Positions 9,585-20,785 are shown, numbered from the whole stretch's first letter. The stretch: DNA of 63,948 bases, filler included, from Sandaracinaceae bacterium (GCA_947483975.1; 7 parts of 7 records of this genome joined end to end with filler, not necessarily neighbours in it), one strand, 5' to 3'. Program-made: numbers and translations. Notes: a model not told the origin generated them from the sequence alone.

Positions 9585-9684
9585 NNNNNNNNNNNNNNNN
9601 NNNNNNNNNNNNNNNNNNNNNNNNNNNNTTAATTAATTAANNNNNNNNNNNNNNNNNNNNNNNNNNNNNNNNNNNNNNNNNNNN
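9585..9684. other. Artificial contig spacer (identical spacers at 19256-19355, 28829-28928, 38402-38501, 47974-48073, 57468-57567)
   Basis: N44-TTAATTAATTAA-N44, a six-frame stop linker. Confidence 0.99.
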
Positions 9685-9770
9685 CTCCGCAGCGAAGCCG
9701 AAGGCCGTCCGGACGGGCACCGCCAAGAAGAAGTAACGCGAGCGCCTCGCTCGTTCACCAGCAAACTCGT

Positions 9771-9799
9771 TTGACAGTCAGGCGGAGGCGCCGTACAAA
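9771..9799 (+). promoter_or_regulatory. Sigma70-type promoter for the rpmI operon
   Basis: TTGACA (9771) - 17 bp - TACAAA (9794). Confidence 0.6.
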
Positions 9800-9866
9800 C
9801 CGCCTCCCCTTCCGCGCATCGCCGCGTCCCCACGCTGGTTCTGCGCAAGAGAGAACGGAGCCTCAA

Positions 9867-10067
9867 GTGCCGAAGATGAAGACGAACAGCGCTGCAGCCA
9901 AGCGCTTCAAGGTCACGGGTACCGGCAAGGTACGCCGCGGCAAGGCGGGCCTGAGCCACTTCATGCGGGGCAAGTCCGCAAGTCGTCGGCGCAAGCTGAG
10001 GAAGAACGGGATCGTGTCGGACACGCATCAGGGCCACATCGAGCGCCTGATGCCCTACGCGTTCTGA
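9867..10067 (+). CDS. rpmI: 50S ribosomal protein L35
   Basis: MPKMKTNSAAAKRFKVTGTGKV from a GTG start. Confidence 0.97.
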   Translation: MPKMKTNSAAAKRFKVTGTGKVRRGKAGLSHFMRGKSASRRRKLRKNGIVSDTHQGHIERLMPYAF

Positions 10068-10096
10068 CGCCGACCAGCCTCCGCTGGCCGACTTCA

Positions 10097-10174
10097 CGGC
10101 CCAGCTCTCGCTGGGCAACGCCCCGGCCCAGCGTTCGCTGGGCAACGGCTCGGCCCGGCAGCACTGCTGGGCCC
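10097..10174. repeat. Three tandem 27-bp hairpin units (CGGCCCAGC-N4-GCTGGGC)
   Basis: Units start at 10097, 10124 and 10151, between rpmI and rplT; the third is divergent. Confidence 0.75.
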
Positions 10175-10226
10175 GCCCATTCTTCCATCCCTCGCTGACC
10201 CGCTGATCTGAGACCTAGGAGTTTGT

Positions 10227-10571
10227 ATGCCGCGCGCAAAAAGGGGCTTTAAGGCCCGTCGTCGTCGTAATCGTATCTTCCGCCACGCCAAGGGCTTCTA
10301 CGGCGCCCGCGGCCGCATCTTCGGCGACGCCGTCGAGCAGGTCCGCAACGCTTGGACTGACGCGTTCAAGGCGCGTCGTATGCGCAAGCGGGACTTCCGC
10401 CGCCTGTGGATCGCCCGCATCAACGCCGCCGCGCGTCTGCTCGGCGTCAGCTACAGCAAGCTCACGTTCAAGCTGAAGACCGCTCGCATCGAGATCGACC
10501 GCAAGATCCTCGCGGATCTCGCCGTCAGCGATCCGGGTGGTTTCAAGGCTGTCGTCGACGCCGCTCAGTAG
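10227..10571 (+). CDS. rplT: 50S ribosomal protein L20
   Basis: MPRAKRG...[16 protein letters not shown]...[11 protein letters not shown]. Confidence 0.98.
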   Translation: MPRAKRGFKARRRRNRIFRHAKGFYGARGRIFGDAVEQVRNAWTDAFKARRMRKRDFRRLWIARINAAARLLGVSYSKLTFKLKTARIEIDRKILADLAVSDPGGFKAVVDAAQ

Positions 10572-10604
10572 AGATCGTTTGCTGCTTTCTCGGAGGGCTG
10601 TTCC

Positions 10605-11720
<1,116 letters not shown>

Positions 11721-11732
11721 CGGAGACGAACT

Positions 11733-14201
11733 TTGCGCGCCTCGACTCAGTGGCTGTGTGAGCTCGCGGGGGTGCAGGCGACGCCGGCCGAGATCGCCGA
11801 GCGCCTGACGGCGGGCGGGCTCGAGGTCGAGGCGCTGCACCCGTATGGAGCGTCGCTCGAGGGCGTCGTCGTCGCGGAGGTGCGCAGCCGCGCGCCGCAC
11901 CCGAAGCGCGACAAGCTGACCGTCGTCGAGGTCTTCGACGGAACGATCGTGCACACGGTCGTCTGCGGCGCGTCGAATGTGCCGGAGCCGGGCGGGCGCG
12001 TGCTGCTCGCGCGCGTCGGCGCGGTGCTGCCGGGGGGCGTCGCGATCGCGGAGCGCGAGCTCGCGGGCGTGGTGTCGCGCGGGATGCTCTGCAGCGAGAG
12101 CGAGCTCGGGATCGGGAGCGAGGCGGGCGGGATCGTGGTGCTCGGTGAGGCGGACGTCGCCGCGCTCGGGGCGCGCGCGGACGAGGCGTTCGACCTCCGC
12201 GATGTGGCGCTCGAGATCTCGCTGACGCCGAACCGCCCGGATTGCCTCGGGCACGTGGGGCTCGCCCGTGAGCTCGCGGTGCTGTCGGGGAAGACGTTCA
12301 CGCCGCCGGCGCCGGGCGGCGACTTCGCGCTCGAGGCGATCGCGGGCGCGCGGGGAGTGCTCGCGGCGGAGGGCGGCGAGGTCACCGTCACCATCGCGGC
12401 GCCCGAGCGCTGTCCGCGGTACGCCGCGGCGATCGTCCGCGGGGTCACGGTGGGGCCGTCGCCGCTCCGCGTGCGCGCGCGGCTGCACGTGCTCGCGGTG
12501 CGCGCGATCTCGAACATCGTCGACGCGACGAACCTCGGGCTCTACGAGTGGGGCTACCCGACGCACGCGTTCGACCTCGCGCGGGTCGCGGGGCGTCACC
12601 TCGTCGTACGCCTCGCCACCGACGGCGAGCGGATGAAGACGCTCGACGGGATCGAGCGCGCGCTGACGCGTGATGATCTGCTGATCTGCGACGGGGACGG
12701 CCCGGTGGCGATCGCCGGCGTGATGGGCGGCGAGTCGAGCGAGATCCGCAGCACGACGCGGGATGTGCTCCTCGAGTGCGCGTGGTTCGATCCCCGGAGC
12801 GTGCGGCGCACGGCGCGGCGGCTCGGGCTGCACACGGACGCGAGCCATCGCTTCGAGCGCGGCGTGGACCCGGGGGCGGTGCCGGCGGTGCTCGGTCGCG
12901 TCGGCGCGCTCGTGCAGAGCCTGTCGGGCGGCGCAGCGGCGGGTGCCGCGGACGTACATCCTCAGGCGCAGACGCCGGTTCGGATCGAGCTGCGCGGGGC
13001 GCGGCTGCGCGCGCTGCTCGGCGACGCCGAGGTGTCGCTCGACGACGCGGCGCGGATTCTCAGCGGGCTCGGCTGCGTGCTCGACGGCGCGCCGACTCCC
13101 GACGCGGCGGCGCTCGAGCTGAGCGCGCCGTCTTGGCGCCCGGACCTGACGCGCGAGATCGATCTCGTCGAGGAGGTCGCGCGGGTGCGCGGCTACGATC
13201 GCATCCCGACCGTCGTGCCGAACGTGCGCCCGTCCGTGACGGGGACGCCTCCGCGCGTGCGCTTCGGCCGCAAGCTGCGCGAGCACGCGGCCGCCGCGGG
13301 GCTGTACGAGGCGATCAACTTCGCGTTCGTCGCGCCGTCGGAGCTGCTCGCGGCGCAGGTCTCGACGCGCGCGGTGCCGCTCGCGAACCCGCTCTCGGAG
13401 GAGCGCGCCGTGCTCCGCACCTCGCTCGTGCCCGGGCTGCTCGCGGACGTGCGCCGAGCCCAGCGTCATCAGGGCGAGCGGGTCGCGCTCTTCGAGCTGG
13501 CGCGGGTGTTCGCGCCGCAGGCCGAGGGCCCGCTCCCGATCGAGCGTCGAGAGCTCGGCTTCGTCCTCGCGGGGCCGCGCGCGAGCTGGCTCGGCGACAC
13601 CGAGCCGTTCGACTTCTTCGATCTCAAGGGGCTGGTGGCGACCATCGTCTCCTCGGCGTGCGGGCTGGTCATCGAGACGATCGTCGATGACGCGCTCGAC
13701 GGGCCGGTCGAGGCGGGCGGCGCGCCGTTCCTCCATCCGCGGCGCAGGGCGCGCGTGCGCGCAGCGGGGCGGGACCTCGGGGTGCTCGGGGAGGTGCACC
13801 CGGACGTCGTGCGCGGGGTCGAGCTCCTCGGGCGCCCGCTCGTCGCGCTGCTCGACGTCGAGGCGCTCTTCGACGCGAGCGAGGCGGCCGGGGTGCCGCG
13901 CGCTCGTCCGCTGCCGCGCTTCCCGCACGTGTCGCGCGACCTCGCGCTGGTCGTCGAGGAGTCCGCGCGCGCCGGGGACGTCGCCTCGGTGATGCGCGAG
14001 GCGGGCGCGGGGCTCGCCGAGGACGTGCAGGTGTTCGACGTCTATCGCGGCGGGGGCATCCCCGCGGGGCAGAAGTCGCTCGCGTTTCGCGTCGTGTACC
14101 GCGACCCCGCGGCGACGCTGACGGACGAGCGAGTCGACCGCGCGCACGAGCTGGTGACGCGCGCGGCGCGCGAGCGCTTCGGCGCTTCCGTTCGAGGCTG
14201 A
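11733..14201 (+). CDS. pheT: Phenylalanyl-tRNA synthetase beta subunit
   Basis: LTPNRPDCLG, DASHRFERGVD, PSWRPDL..EIDLVEEVARV, C-terminal anticodon-binding domain. Confidence 0.98.
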   Translation: MRASTQWLCELAGVQATPAEIAERLTAGGLEVEALHPYGASLEGVVVAEVRSRAPHPKRDKLTVVEVFDGTIVHTVVCGASNVPEPGGRVLLARVGAVLPGGVAIAERELAGVVSRGMLCSESELGIGSEAGGIVVLGEADVAALGARADEAFDLRDVALEISLTPNRPDCLGHVGLARELAVLSGKTFTPPAPGGDFALEAIAGARGVLAAEGGEVTVTIAAPERCPRYAAAIVRGVTVGPSPLRVRARLHVLAVRAISNIVDATNLGLYEWGYPTHAFDLARVAGRHLVVRLATDGERMKTLDGIERALTRDDLLICDGDGPVAIAGVMGGESSEIRSTTRDVLLECAWFDPRSVRRTARRLGLHTDASHRFERGVDPGAVPAVLGRVGALVQSLSGGAAAGAADVHPQAQTPVRIELRGARLRALLGDAEVSLDDAARILSGLGCVLDGAPTPDAAALELSAPSWRPDLTREIDLVEEVARVRGYDRIPTVVPNVRPSVTGTPPRVRFGRKLREHAAAAGLYEAINFAFVAPSELLAAQVSTRAVPLANPLSEERAVLRTSLVPGLLADVRRAQRHQGERVALFELARVFAPQAEGPLPIERRELGFVLAGPRASWLGDTEPFDFFDLKGLVATIVSSACGLVIETIVDDALDGPVEAGGAPFLHPRRRARVRAAGRDLGVLGEVHPDVVRGVELLGRPLVALLDVEALFDASEAAGVPRARPLPRFPHVSRDLALVVEESARAGDVASVMREAGAGLAEDVQVFDVYRGGGIPAGQKSLAFRVVYRDPAATLTDERVDRAHELVTRAARERFGASVRG

Positions 14202-14344
14202 GGCGGCGCGGCGCGAGCCTGCGGCGGTGCGCGAGCGCGCTTCGAGGCGCGCCCGTCCGTCGCGGTTGAGTCCTGAGGGCAATCGTGGTTGCATAGCCGT
14301 CGCCGTTCGACCGAGCGGCGTTCCCCCCTCTGGAGAAGTGCTCG

Positions 14345-14692
14345 ATGACCAAGGCGGAAATCATCGACAGCGTCTACGAGAACGTCGGCGGATTCTCCAA
14401 GAAGGAGTCCGCCGAGATCGTCGAGGCTGTGTTCGACACGATGAAGGAAGTCCTCGCCGACGGAAAGAAGATCAAGATCTCCGGCTTCGGTAACTTCGTC
14501 GTGCGCGCCAAGAAGGAGCGCATGGGGCGCAACCCGCAGACGGGCTCGCCGATCCCGATCAGCGCGCGGCGCGTGCTCACCTTCAAGCCGAGCCAGGTGC
14601 TCAAGGGCACGCTCAATCCCCACAAGTCGAGCGCTGGGCAGCAGCCTGGCGCAGTCCCGCCGCGCGCGGGCGAGGGCGGCGCGCCCAGTTGA
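14345..14692 (+). CDS. ihfA: Integration host factor alpha subunit
   Basis: MTKAEII...KISGFGNF..R.K.ERMGRNPQTG..I.ISARRVLTFKPS; canonical position after pheT. Confidence 0.95.
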   Translation: MTKAEIIDSVYENVGGFSKKESAEIVEAVFDTMKEVLADGKKIKISGFGNFVVRAKKERMGRNPQTGSPIPISARRVLTFKPSQVLKGTLNPHKSSAGQQPGAVPPRAGEGGAPS

Positions 14693-14797
14693 CGCCTCTC
14701 CGGTCGAGGTCCCCGGCGTGCGTGAGCGCCGCCCAGGGGTCGTGCCCATCTTCCTGTAGCAAGCCAGCGCGGCGCGCTGCGCCAAGCGGGGACGGTA

Positions 14798-15307
14798 TTG
14801 CCTTCGCGGACGCTCCTCCCGGACAAGCACTTCTACAAGATCGGTGAGGTCGCGGACCTGATCGGCGTGAAGCCGCACGTCCTGCGCTATTGGGAGAGCG
14901 AGTTCCCGAGCCTGCGCCCCATGAAGACGCGCGGCGCGCACCGCGTGTACAAGAAGCGCGACGTCGAGCTCGCGATGCTGATTCGCCGCCTGCTCCACGA
15001 CGAGGGCTACACCACGCCGGGCGCGAAGAAGCGCCTGCGCGAGCTAGGTCACGAGCGGGCTGAGAGCGATGAGGGGCGCGGCGCGTCCCGCGAGGTCGTG
15101 CTGCGAGGCGAGCTGCTCGGGCTGCGCGAGGAGCTCCAGAGGCTGCTCGCGCAGCTGACCGCGATCGGCGCGGGGCCGCCGGCCGCGGGCCTCCCGCCGA
15201 GCGTCCTCGCGCAGTCGGCGACGCCGCTCGCCTCAGCGCCGGAGACGGCACAAATGACCGTGTCGAGCGTCGTGCCGGCGGCTCGCCGTGGTGCGCCGCC
15301 CAAGTGA
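14798..15307 (+). CDS. MerR-family transcriptional regulator
   Basis: [25 protein letters not shown] helix-turn-helix; conserved ihfA-merR-tRNA-Pro context. Confidence 0.93.
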   Translation: MPSRTLLPDKHFYKIGEVADLIGVKPHVLRYWESEFPSLRPMKTRGAHRVYKKRDVELAMLIRRLLHDEGYTTPGAKKRLRELGHERAESDEGRGASREVVLRGELLGLREELQRLLAQLTAIGAGPPAAGLPPSVLAQSATPLASAPETAQMTVSSVVPAARRGAPPK

Positions 15308-15389
15308 TCTGCGCTCGGCCACGATTCTGCGTTGCGGGTCCCGCGGAACCGTGTATCTTCCGCCTCCCCTTAGCGGGGGACGTGTTCAT

Positions 15390-15467
15390 CGGGGCGTAGC
15401 GCAGCCTGGTTAGCGCACCAGACTGGGGGTCTGGGGGTCGCTGGTTCGAATCCAGTCGCCCCGACCA
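15390..15467 (+). tRNA. tRNA-Pro(GGG)
   Basis: CGGGGCG/CGCCCCG acceptor stem, anticodon arm CCAGA-CTGGGGG-TCTGG, GGTTCGAATCC T-arm, encoded CCA. Confidence 0.97.
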
Positions 15468-15470
15468 CGT

Positions 15471-15511
15471 GAAGGGCCGCAAGCCGAAAGGCTGGCGGCC
15501 CTTCCTCTTTG
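15471..15511 (+). terminator. Probable intrinsic terminator after tRNA-Pro
   Basis: GAAGGGCCGC..AGCC-GAAA-GGCT..GCGGCCCTTC hairpin followed by CTCTTTG. Confidence 0.65.
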
Positions 15512-15608
15512 TGGGCAGTGCATCACGCACCGGTTGGGTAGGCCCTGCATCACGCACGGACCGACCGTTGCAGTCACGGCCCGTTCGCGCGTGGTACATC
15601 TGCCCGCG

Positions 15609-16400
15609 ATGAGCGCGCGACCGCTGGTACTTGTCTCGAACGACGATGGCGTGAACGCGCCGGGCATCCGGACGCTGGCCGAGGCGCTCCGCGAGGCGTT
15701 CGACGTCGTCGTGTGCGCCCCCGAGGGCGAGCAGAGCGCGCAGTCGCACTCCCTGACGCTCGCTCGTCCGCTGCGGCACCGGAGGCTCGGCGATGGCGTG
15801 CACGCCGTCGACGGTTCGCCCGCCGACTGCATCTACGTCGCCCTGCACCACGCGCCGATCCTCGCGCGCCGCCCCGACGTCGTCGTCAGCGGGATGAACC
15901 ACGGCGTGAACCTCGGGTCGGACGTCTTCTACTCGGGGACGGTCGCGGCGGCGCGAGAGGGCGCGCTGCGCGGCATTCCCGCGATGGCGTTCTCTCTCGA
16001 CTCGGGCGGCGACCTCGCGGCGGCGTGCGCGCTCGCGCGTGAGATGGTGCTCCGCCTCGTGAGCGCCGGGGCAGGCGTCGCCGACCGCGACGACGTCACG
16101 CCGCTGCTCAACGTGAACTTCCCGGTCGGGCGCGTGAAGGGCGTCCGCACGACGCGCCTCGGGCGGCGCCTCTACGCGGACGAGGTCGTCGTCCGACAGG
16201 ACCCGCGCGGGCGCGAGTACTTCTGGATCGGCGGCCCCGCCGGGGCGCGGCACGAGCACGTCGACGGCAGCGACACCGCGGCCGTCGACGCTGGCTACGC
16301 TACAGTCACCCCCCTGATGATCGACGCGAGCTCGGCAGCGCACTTTGGACTCGCGGCCTTCGTCGCGGGCCCTGCCGATGAGCGCGGGAGCACACCATGA
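15609..16400 (+). CDS. surE: 5'/3'-nucleotidase SurE
   Basis: [41 protein letters not shown]. Confidence 0.96.
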   Translation: MSARPLVLVSNDDGVNAPGIRTLAEALREAFDVVVCAPEGEQSAQSHSLTLARPLRHRRLGDGVHAVDGSPADCIYVALHHAPILARRPDVVVSGMNHGVNLGSDVFYSGTVAAAREGALRGIPAMAFSLDSGGDLAAACALAREMVLRLVSAGAGVADRDDVTPLLNVNFPVGRVKGVRTTRLGRRLYADEVVVRQDPRGREYFWIGGPAGARHEHVDGSDTAAVDAGYATVTPLMIDASSAAHFGLAAFVAGPADERGSTP

Positions 16401-16933
16401 ACACCACCGAAAACCGCCTGAAGTACCTCCGCTCGCACGTCCGCGACGTCATCGACTTCCCGAAGGCGGGCATCCTGTTCAAGGACATCACCCCGTTGCT
16501 CGCCGACGCGCGCGCGCTCACGACGGTGATCGACCTGTTCGCCGAGCGCTTCACCGGCGCGGGCGTCGACACGATCGTCGGCATCGAGTCGCGGGGCTTC
16601 CTCTTCGCGGCGCCGCTCGCGGTGCGGCTCGGCGCGGGCTTCGTGCCGGCGCGAAAGCCCGGCAAGCTACCGAGCAAGACCGACTCCGTCTCCTACGCCC
16701 TCGAGTACGGCACCGACTCGCTCGAGCTGCACAGCGACGCGATTCGCCCGGGCGCGCGCGTGCTCGTCGTCGACGACGTGATCGCGACGGGAGGCACGGC
16801 GTGGGCCGCGGCGGAGCTCGTTCGGCGACAGGGCGGCGAGGTGCTCGGCGCCGCGTTCCTGCTCGAGCTGACGTTCCTCTCGGGCCGCGAGCGCATCGCC
16901 CCGGTCGAGTCTTTCTCGCTGCTGACTTACTGA
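16397..16933 (+). CDS. apt: Adenine phosphoribosyltransferase
   Basis: [38 protein letters not shown]. Confidence 0.97.
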   Translation: MNTTENRLKYLRSHVRDVIDFPKAGILFKDITPLLADARALTTVIDLFAERFTGAGVDTIVGIESRGFLFAAPLAVRLGAGFVPARKPGKLPSKTDSVSYALEYGTDSLELHSDAIRPGARVLVVDDVIATGGTAWAAAELVRRQGGEVLGAAFLLELTFLSGRERIAPVESFSLLTY

Positions 16934-16994
16934 AGCGCTTCAGCAAGCGCCGCCCCGATCGGCCCGGCATCGGGCGCAGCGCGGGGCGGTCGCG

Positions 16995-17282
16995 TCAGCG
17001 GGCCGCGGGGCGCTTGAAGCAGAGCCGGTAGAACTGCGCCTCCGCCGAAACAAGCTCAAAACCCTCACGGCCACGACTGGCGAGCACGCGGTTCAGGGCC
17101 CCGTCGTTGTTGGTACCGGTCGATTCGCAGAACTGTTCCCACCGCTGCGCGCTCGGGTTCGCTGGGAACGACTGCGCGGCGAGCCGCGGCATGGTCGCGC
17201 CGATGGCGCAGCCGACGAGCACGCAAGAGAACGCGATCACGAGGCGCTGCTTGAGCGAGGCGTTGAGTGGGGTTGTCGACAT
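16995..17282 (-). CDS. Small exported protein (DUF4177-like)
   Basis: N-terminal hydrophobic segment, then RWEQFC...LNRVLASRGREGFELVS...LCFKRP. Confidence 0.65.
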   Translation of the reverse strand: MSTTPLNASLKQRLVIAFSCVLVGCAIGATMPRLAAQSFPANPSAQRWEQFCESTGTNNDGALNRVLASRGREGFELVSAEAQFYRLCFKRPAAR

Positions 17283-17329
17283 CTCGGACCCTTTGGGCAG
17301 GCGGGCGAACCGAGTTTGGAAGGGGTGAA

Positions 17330-17910
17330 CCCTGCCGCAAGGCGCCGGTGATCGTTCCGCGTGAGGAGCGACCCCTGCTCGTCCGCTGCGGCGTGCTCGA
17401 CAGCGCAGGGTCGGACCCTTGGCCGAGCGCGTCGCGCGAGCGACAGTGGAGGCTCGGACCCTTGGCGGGAGGATGTTCACGGCGGGTGCGCGAGGGTTGG
17501 ACCCATGCCGGCAGGCAGCGCGCGATCGCGGCGCGAAGGGTCGGAGCCTGCCCACGACGTGCGCGTTCCCTTCCCGGAAGGGGTCAACGCGAGGCGGACG
17601 AGTTTTGGGACGTCGTGATGAGGGTCGATCCCTTCGCTGCGCGATTTCGAGCGGCGCGTGGAAGGCGGCGCCCCTCGGCCGACGGCGCTGCGCGCGGCGC
17701 GGAAGGGCTCGGGGTTCGATGTGCGCGAGAGGGAACGACACGCGGGCCTGGCAATCCTTCCAGGGCGTCGGCGTGCCCACGGCGCTCGGCGACGGTGTCC
17801 GCGTTGACGTTCAGCGACGCGCCCTCGTGATCGACGGCGACGGGCGCGTGGAACGCGAGCGTGCCGGTCGCGTCGCGCTCGTAGACCCCATCGAGAATCA
17901 GCGCGCGCTA
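17330..17910 (-). pseudogene. Degraded IS91-family (Y2 rolling-circle) transposase remnant
   Basis: Minus strand reads *RALILDGVYERDATGTLAFHA near 17910-17845, resembling the segment after the HUH motif (H.LVLDGVY) of IS91-like transposases. The rest is frameshifted and the boundaries are approximate. Confidence 0.5.
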
Positions 17911-17941
17911 ACAGCCGCGAGGCGGGCTCCTCGTCGACTCG

Positions 17942-18394
17942 TCACCCACCGAGCTCGGCCTCTACCTCAGCGAGGAAGGCAGCGCGCATCGCGTAGTAGG
18001 CGTCGTCCACGGCGCCGCAGCGCTCAGCGAGCCGCTCGTACGCGGCGTCGACCTTCGCTGACTCATCCCGGGCGTCGAGGGCGTCGGAGCGCACCCCGAT
18101 CTTCGCCATCTTCTTCACGAGCTTGGCGACCTCCCGGGCGAGCGGGCTGCGGAGCTCACCGAGCACCCCGAGCAGCGCCGGGTCATGGACCCGCCACTCA
18201 TTGGTGACCCAGAACTGCGACCCGCCGTTCCCCATCTGCCCGTCGAAGGCGAGGACATATGTGGCCACGCGCGTGGGCCACGGCATCGCGTTCACGTCTT
18301 CGGGATCGAGCGGGTCGCCGAAAACCAGGAATCCAACGAGAGCGTGCTCGTCGAGGAGCGGGTGCTTGGGCTGCTTGCGTCGAGTCGTCGCCAT
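17942..18394 (-). CDS. DMP19/DUF4375-like protein
   Basis: FDGQMGNGGSQFWVTN resembles the EV.NGG..Q.F.N motif; GGAG ribosome-binding site upstream. Confidence 0.65.
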   Translation of the reverse strand: MATTRRKQPKHPLLDEHALVGFLVFGDPLDPEDVNAMPWPTRVATYVLAFDGQMGNGGSQFWVTNEWRVHDPALLGVLGELRSPLAREVAKLVKKMAKIGVRSDALDARDESAKVDAAYERLAERCGAVDDAYYAMRAAFLAEVEAELGG

Positions 18395-18762
18395 CTACGG
18401 GGCTCCTTGGTCAGCGCGGCAGCTACCGCTGCACCGTGCCATGGGGAGACGCTGAGCCGCTCCCGGTTCTGACGACGGCCACGCCCGACGTGGTGCGTCG
18501 CAGGGATGATGACCTTTACTCTTCCAGGTCGAACCGCTCGAGGAGACCTTGGTCGGTGAGGGGCGTGGACGCGAGCTCGGTCAAGTGCTTGTTGGTCCGG
18601 CCCAGTTCGTACACGAGCGTCTCCGTTGGCCTTGCCGTGCGTGAAGCGCGTCGCAAGTCGCGCTACTTGGAGCGTATCCGATGCGAGCCGCCTTTGCTGA
18701 AACGGTGAGCGCGCTCCCGAGATACTGTGCTGGCAAGTCCAAGCCTGTCGCCGGAGAACACC

Positions 18763-18925
18763 GTGCCCGTCGTCGACCTCCTCTACTTCCCCAGCTGCCC
18801 GCACGTCGTCGCTGCGCGTGAGCAGCTGACGCGCGCCTTCACGGCGGCCAGGCTGGCGCCCTCATGGACCGAGCACGACGTCACCGCAGATGCTCCCGCC
18901 CGTGTCCGTGGCTACGGCTCGCCGA
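18763..18925 (+). pseudogene. N-terminal fragment of a small thioredoxin-like protein of the type found in metal-resistance clusters
   Basis: GGAG RBS, then VDLLYFPSCPHV..AREQL...RGYGSP; breaks off where T(I/V)LVDG would be expected. Confidence 0.55.
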
Positions 18926-18928
18926 GGC

Positions 18929-19069
18929 GCGGCCAGCGAGCTCGCGAACCACAGCGACGCGACCATCCCGAGGCGCTACGTCCACGTCAAGGTCGAGCGC
19001 ACCCGCAGGGCGCTCGAACAACTGCCGGACCTGACGACGTACGGCTCCGAGGGCGACGTGCTCCACTGA
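18929..19069 (+). pseudogene. C-terminal fragment of a tyrosine recombinase/integrase
   Basis: AASELANHSDATIPRRYVHVKVERTRRALEQLPDL...* matches the box II pattern L(A/G).HS...T.RY.H. Confidence 0.65.
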
Positions 19070-19181
19070 GGCCGCGTGCTATTCCCAGCGGCGCCTGGCG
19101 CCTCGGATGTGAATAGAATGTGAATAGGACGGACGGGGATGGGACAGTAGAGGCACCTAACCACGCGAGATTAGAAGCAAA

Positions 19182-19255
19182 GCTCCCATAGCTCAGGGGA
19201 TAGAGCAGCGGTTTCCTAAACCGTTGGCCGCACGTTCGATTCGTGCTGGGAGCGC
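19182..19255 (+). tRNA. tRNA-Arg(CCT); 3' end cut by the contig end
   Basis: GCTCCCA/TGGGAGC acceptor stem, anticodon arm GCGGT-TTCCTAA-ACCGT, T-arm GCACG-TTCGATT-CGTGC. Confidence 0.93.
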
Positions 19256-19355
19256 NNNNNNNNNNNNNNNNNNNNNNNNNNNNNNNNNNNNNNNNNNNNT
19301 TAATTAATTAANNNNNNNNNNNNNNNNNNNNNNNNNNNNNNNNNNNNNNNNNNNN

Positions 19356-19982
19356 CACAGCGACTGGATCGTCGCCGCGGTCGGCCTACACCCGCACGAC
19401 GCGCGGGTCTCGACCGACGCGCTCCTCGCCGATCTAGAGCGACTCGCGCGCGATCCGCAGGTCGTCGCGGTCGGTGAGACGGGGCTCGACTTCCACTACG
19501 ATCACAGCCCGCGCGAGGTGCAGCGCGAGGTCTTTCGGCGCTTCATCGACCTCGCGAAGCGCGTGAAGAAGCCGCTGATCATCCACACGCGCGAGGCCCC
19601 CGAGGACACGCTGGCGATCCTCTACGAAGAGGGCGCGCGCGACGTCGGCGGCATCATCCATTGCTTCAGCGAAGACCCCACTTTCGCCAAGTGCGCGCTC
19701 GAGCTGAACTTCATCTCGAGCTTCAGCGGGATCGTCACCTTCAAGAGCGCGACGGCGGTGCGCGAGGCCGCGCGCGTGCAGCCCCTCGACGCGCTCTTGG
19801 TCGAGACCGATGCGCCCTACCTCGCGCCCGTGCCCTTTCGCGGCAAGCGCAACGAGCCTGCCTACGTGACGCGCACCGCCCAGGTGATCGCCGAACTACG
19901 GGGCGTAACCGTCGAAGAGATCGCCACCGCGACGACGCACAACGCGTGTCGGCTCTTCGGACTGCCAATACCCCCCGAATAA
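19356..19982 (+). CDS. tatD: TatD-family hydrolase (5' partial)
   Basis: AVGLHPHD, VGETGLDFHY, IIHTREA, IIHCFS, LVETDAPYLAP. Confidence 0.95.
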   Translation, partial: HSDWIVAAVGLHPHDARVSTDALLADLERLARDPQVVAVGETGLDFHYDHSPREVQREVFRRFIDLAKRVKKPLIIHTREAPEDTLAILYEEGARDVGGIIHCFSEDPTFAKCALELNFISSFSGIVTFKSATAVREAARVQPLDALLVETDAPYLAPVPFRGKRNEPAYVTRTAQVIAELRGVTVEEIATATTHNACRLFGLPIPPE

Positions 19983-20112
19983 CCTCGCTCATACGCGCGC
20001 CTTCCGCGCGGCCTCGCAAAGACTCCCCTTCACAGCGCCCAAACCCGCTGTCCTACCCTTGACACTCGAACGTTTCCCCGTACCCTTCCGCCTCCTCAGG
20101 TACAAGCGCGCC

Positions 20113-20778
20113 ATGAACACCAATATCGGCCTCGTCGGCAAGAAGCTCGGCAACACCCAACTCTTCAACGAAGACGGCACCGTCACGCGCGTCACGGCCA
20201 TTCAGGTCGGCCCGTGCATCGTGCTGGCGAAACGCACGGAAGAGAAGGACGGCTACACCGCGCTCGTGCTCGGCTTCGGCACCAAGCGTGAGAAGCTCGT
20301 CGCCAAGCCGCAGGCGGGCTTCTTCAAGAAGCTCGGCGTGCCGGCGAACCGCACCATCAAGGAGCTGCGCGTCTCCGCGGAGCTCTCCGAGAAGTACACG
20401 GTCGGGCAGGTGCTCAAGCCGTCGGAGGTCTTCACGGTCGGCCAGAAGGTCGACGTCTCGGGCAAGACGCGCGGTCGCGGCTTCACCGGCGTCATGGCCC
20501 GCTGGAACTTCTCGGGCTTCCCGATGACGCACGGCACGCACGAGTACCGTCGTCACGGCGGCTCGATCGGCACGAACATGACGCCCGGCCGCACGCTGCC
20601 GAACGTCAAGATGCCCGGCCAGTACGGCAACGAGCTGGTCACGATCCTCAATCTGAAGGTCGCCCGCGTGATGGACGAAGAGCAGATCGTGCTCCTCGAG
20701 GGCGCGGTTCCCGGCGCGAAGAACGGCATCGTCACCGTGCGCGGGGCCGTGAAGCAGCGTCAGGCCGCGCAGGCCTGA
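20113..20778 (+). CDS. rplC: 50S ribosomal protein L3
   Basis: GLVGKKLGNTQLF, VDVSGKTRGRGFTGV, RHGGSIG, KMPGQYG, GAVPGAKNG. Confidence 0.96.
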   Translation: MNTNIGLVGKKLGNTQLFNEDGTVTRVTAIQVGPCIVLAKRTEEKDGYTALVLGFGTKREKLVAKPQAGFFKKLGVPANRTIKELRVSAELSEKYTVGQVLKPSEVFTVGQKVDVSGKTRGRGFTGVMARWNFSGFPMTHGTHEYRRHGGSIGTNMTPGRTLPNVKMPGQYGNELVTILNLKVARVMDEEQIVLLEGAVPGAKNGIVTVRGAVKQRQAAQA

Positions 20779-20785
20779 GCAGCGA

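Noticed and set aside
9585..9684. TTAATTAATTAA palindromes within N runs
   Set aside because: Artificial contig linkers, identical at all six junctions.
18515..18700. Possible minus-strand gene tail (...ETLVYELGRTNKHLTELASTPLTDQGLLERFDLEE*)
   Set aside because: No start codon or recognisable family; too short to support a call.
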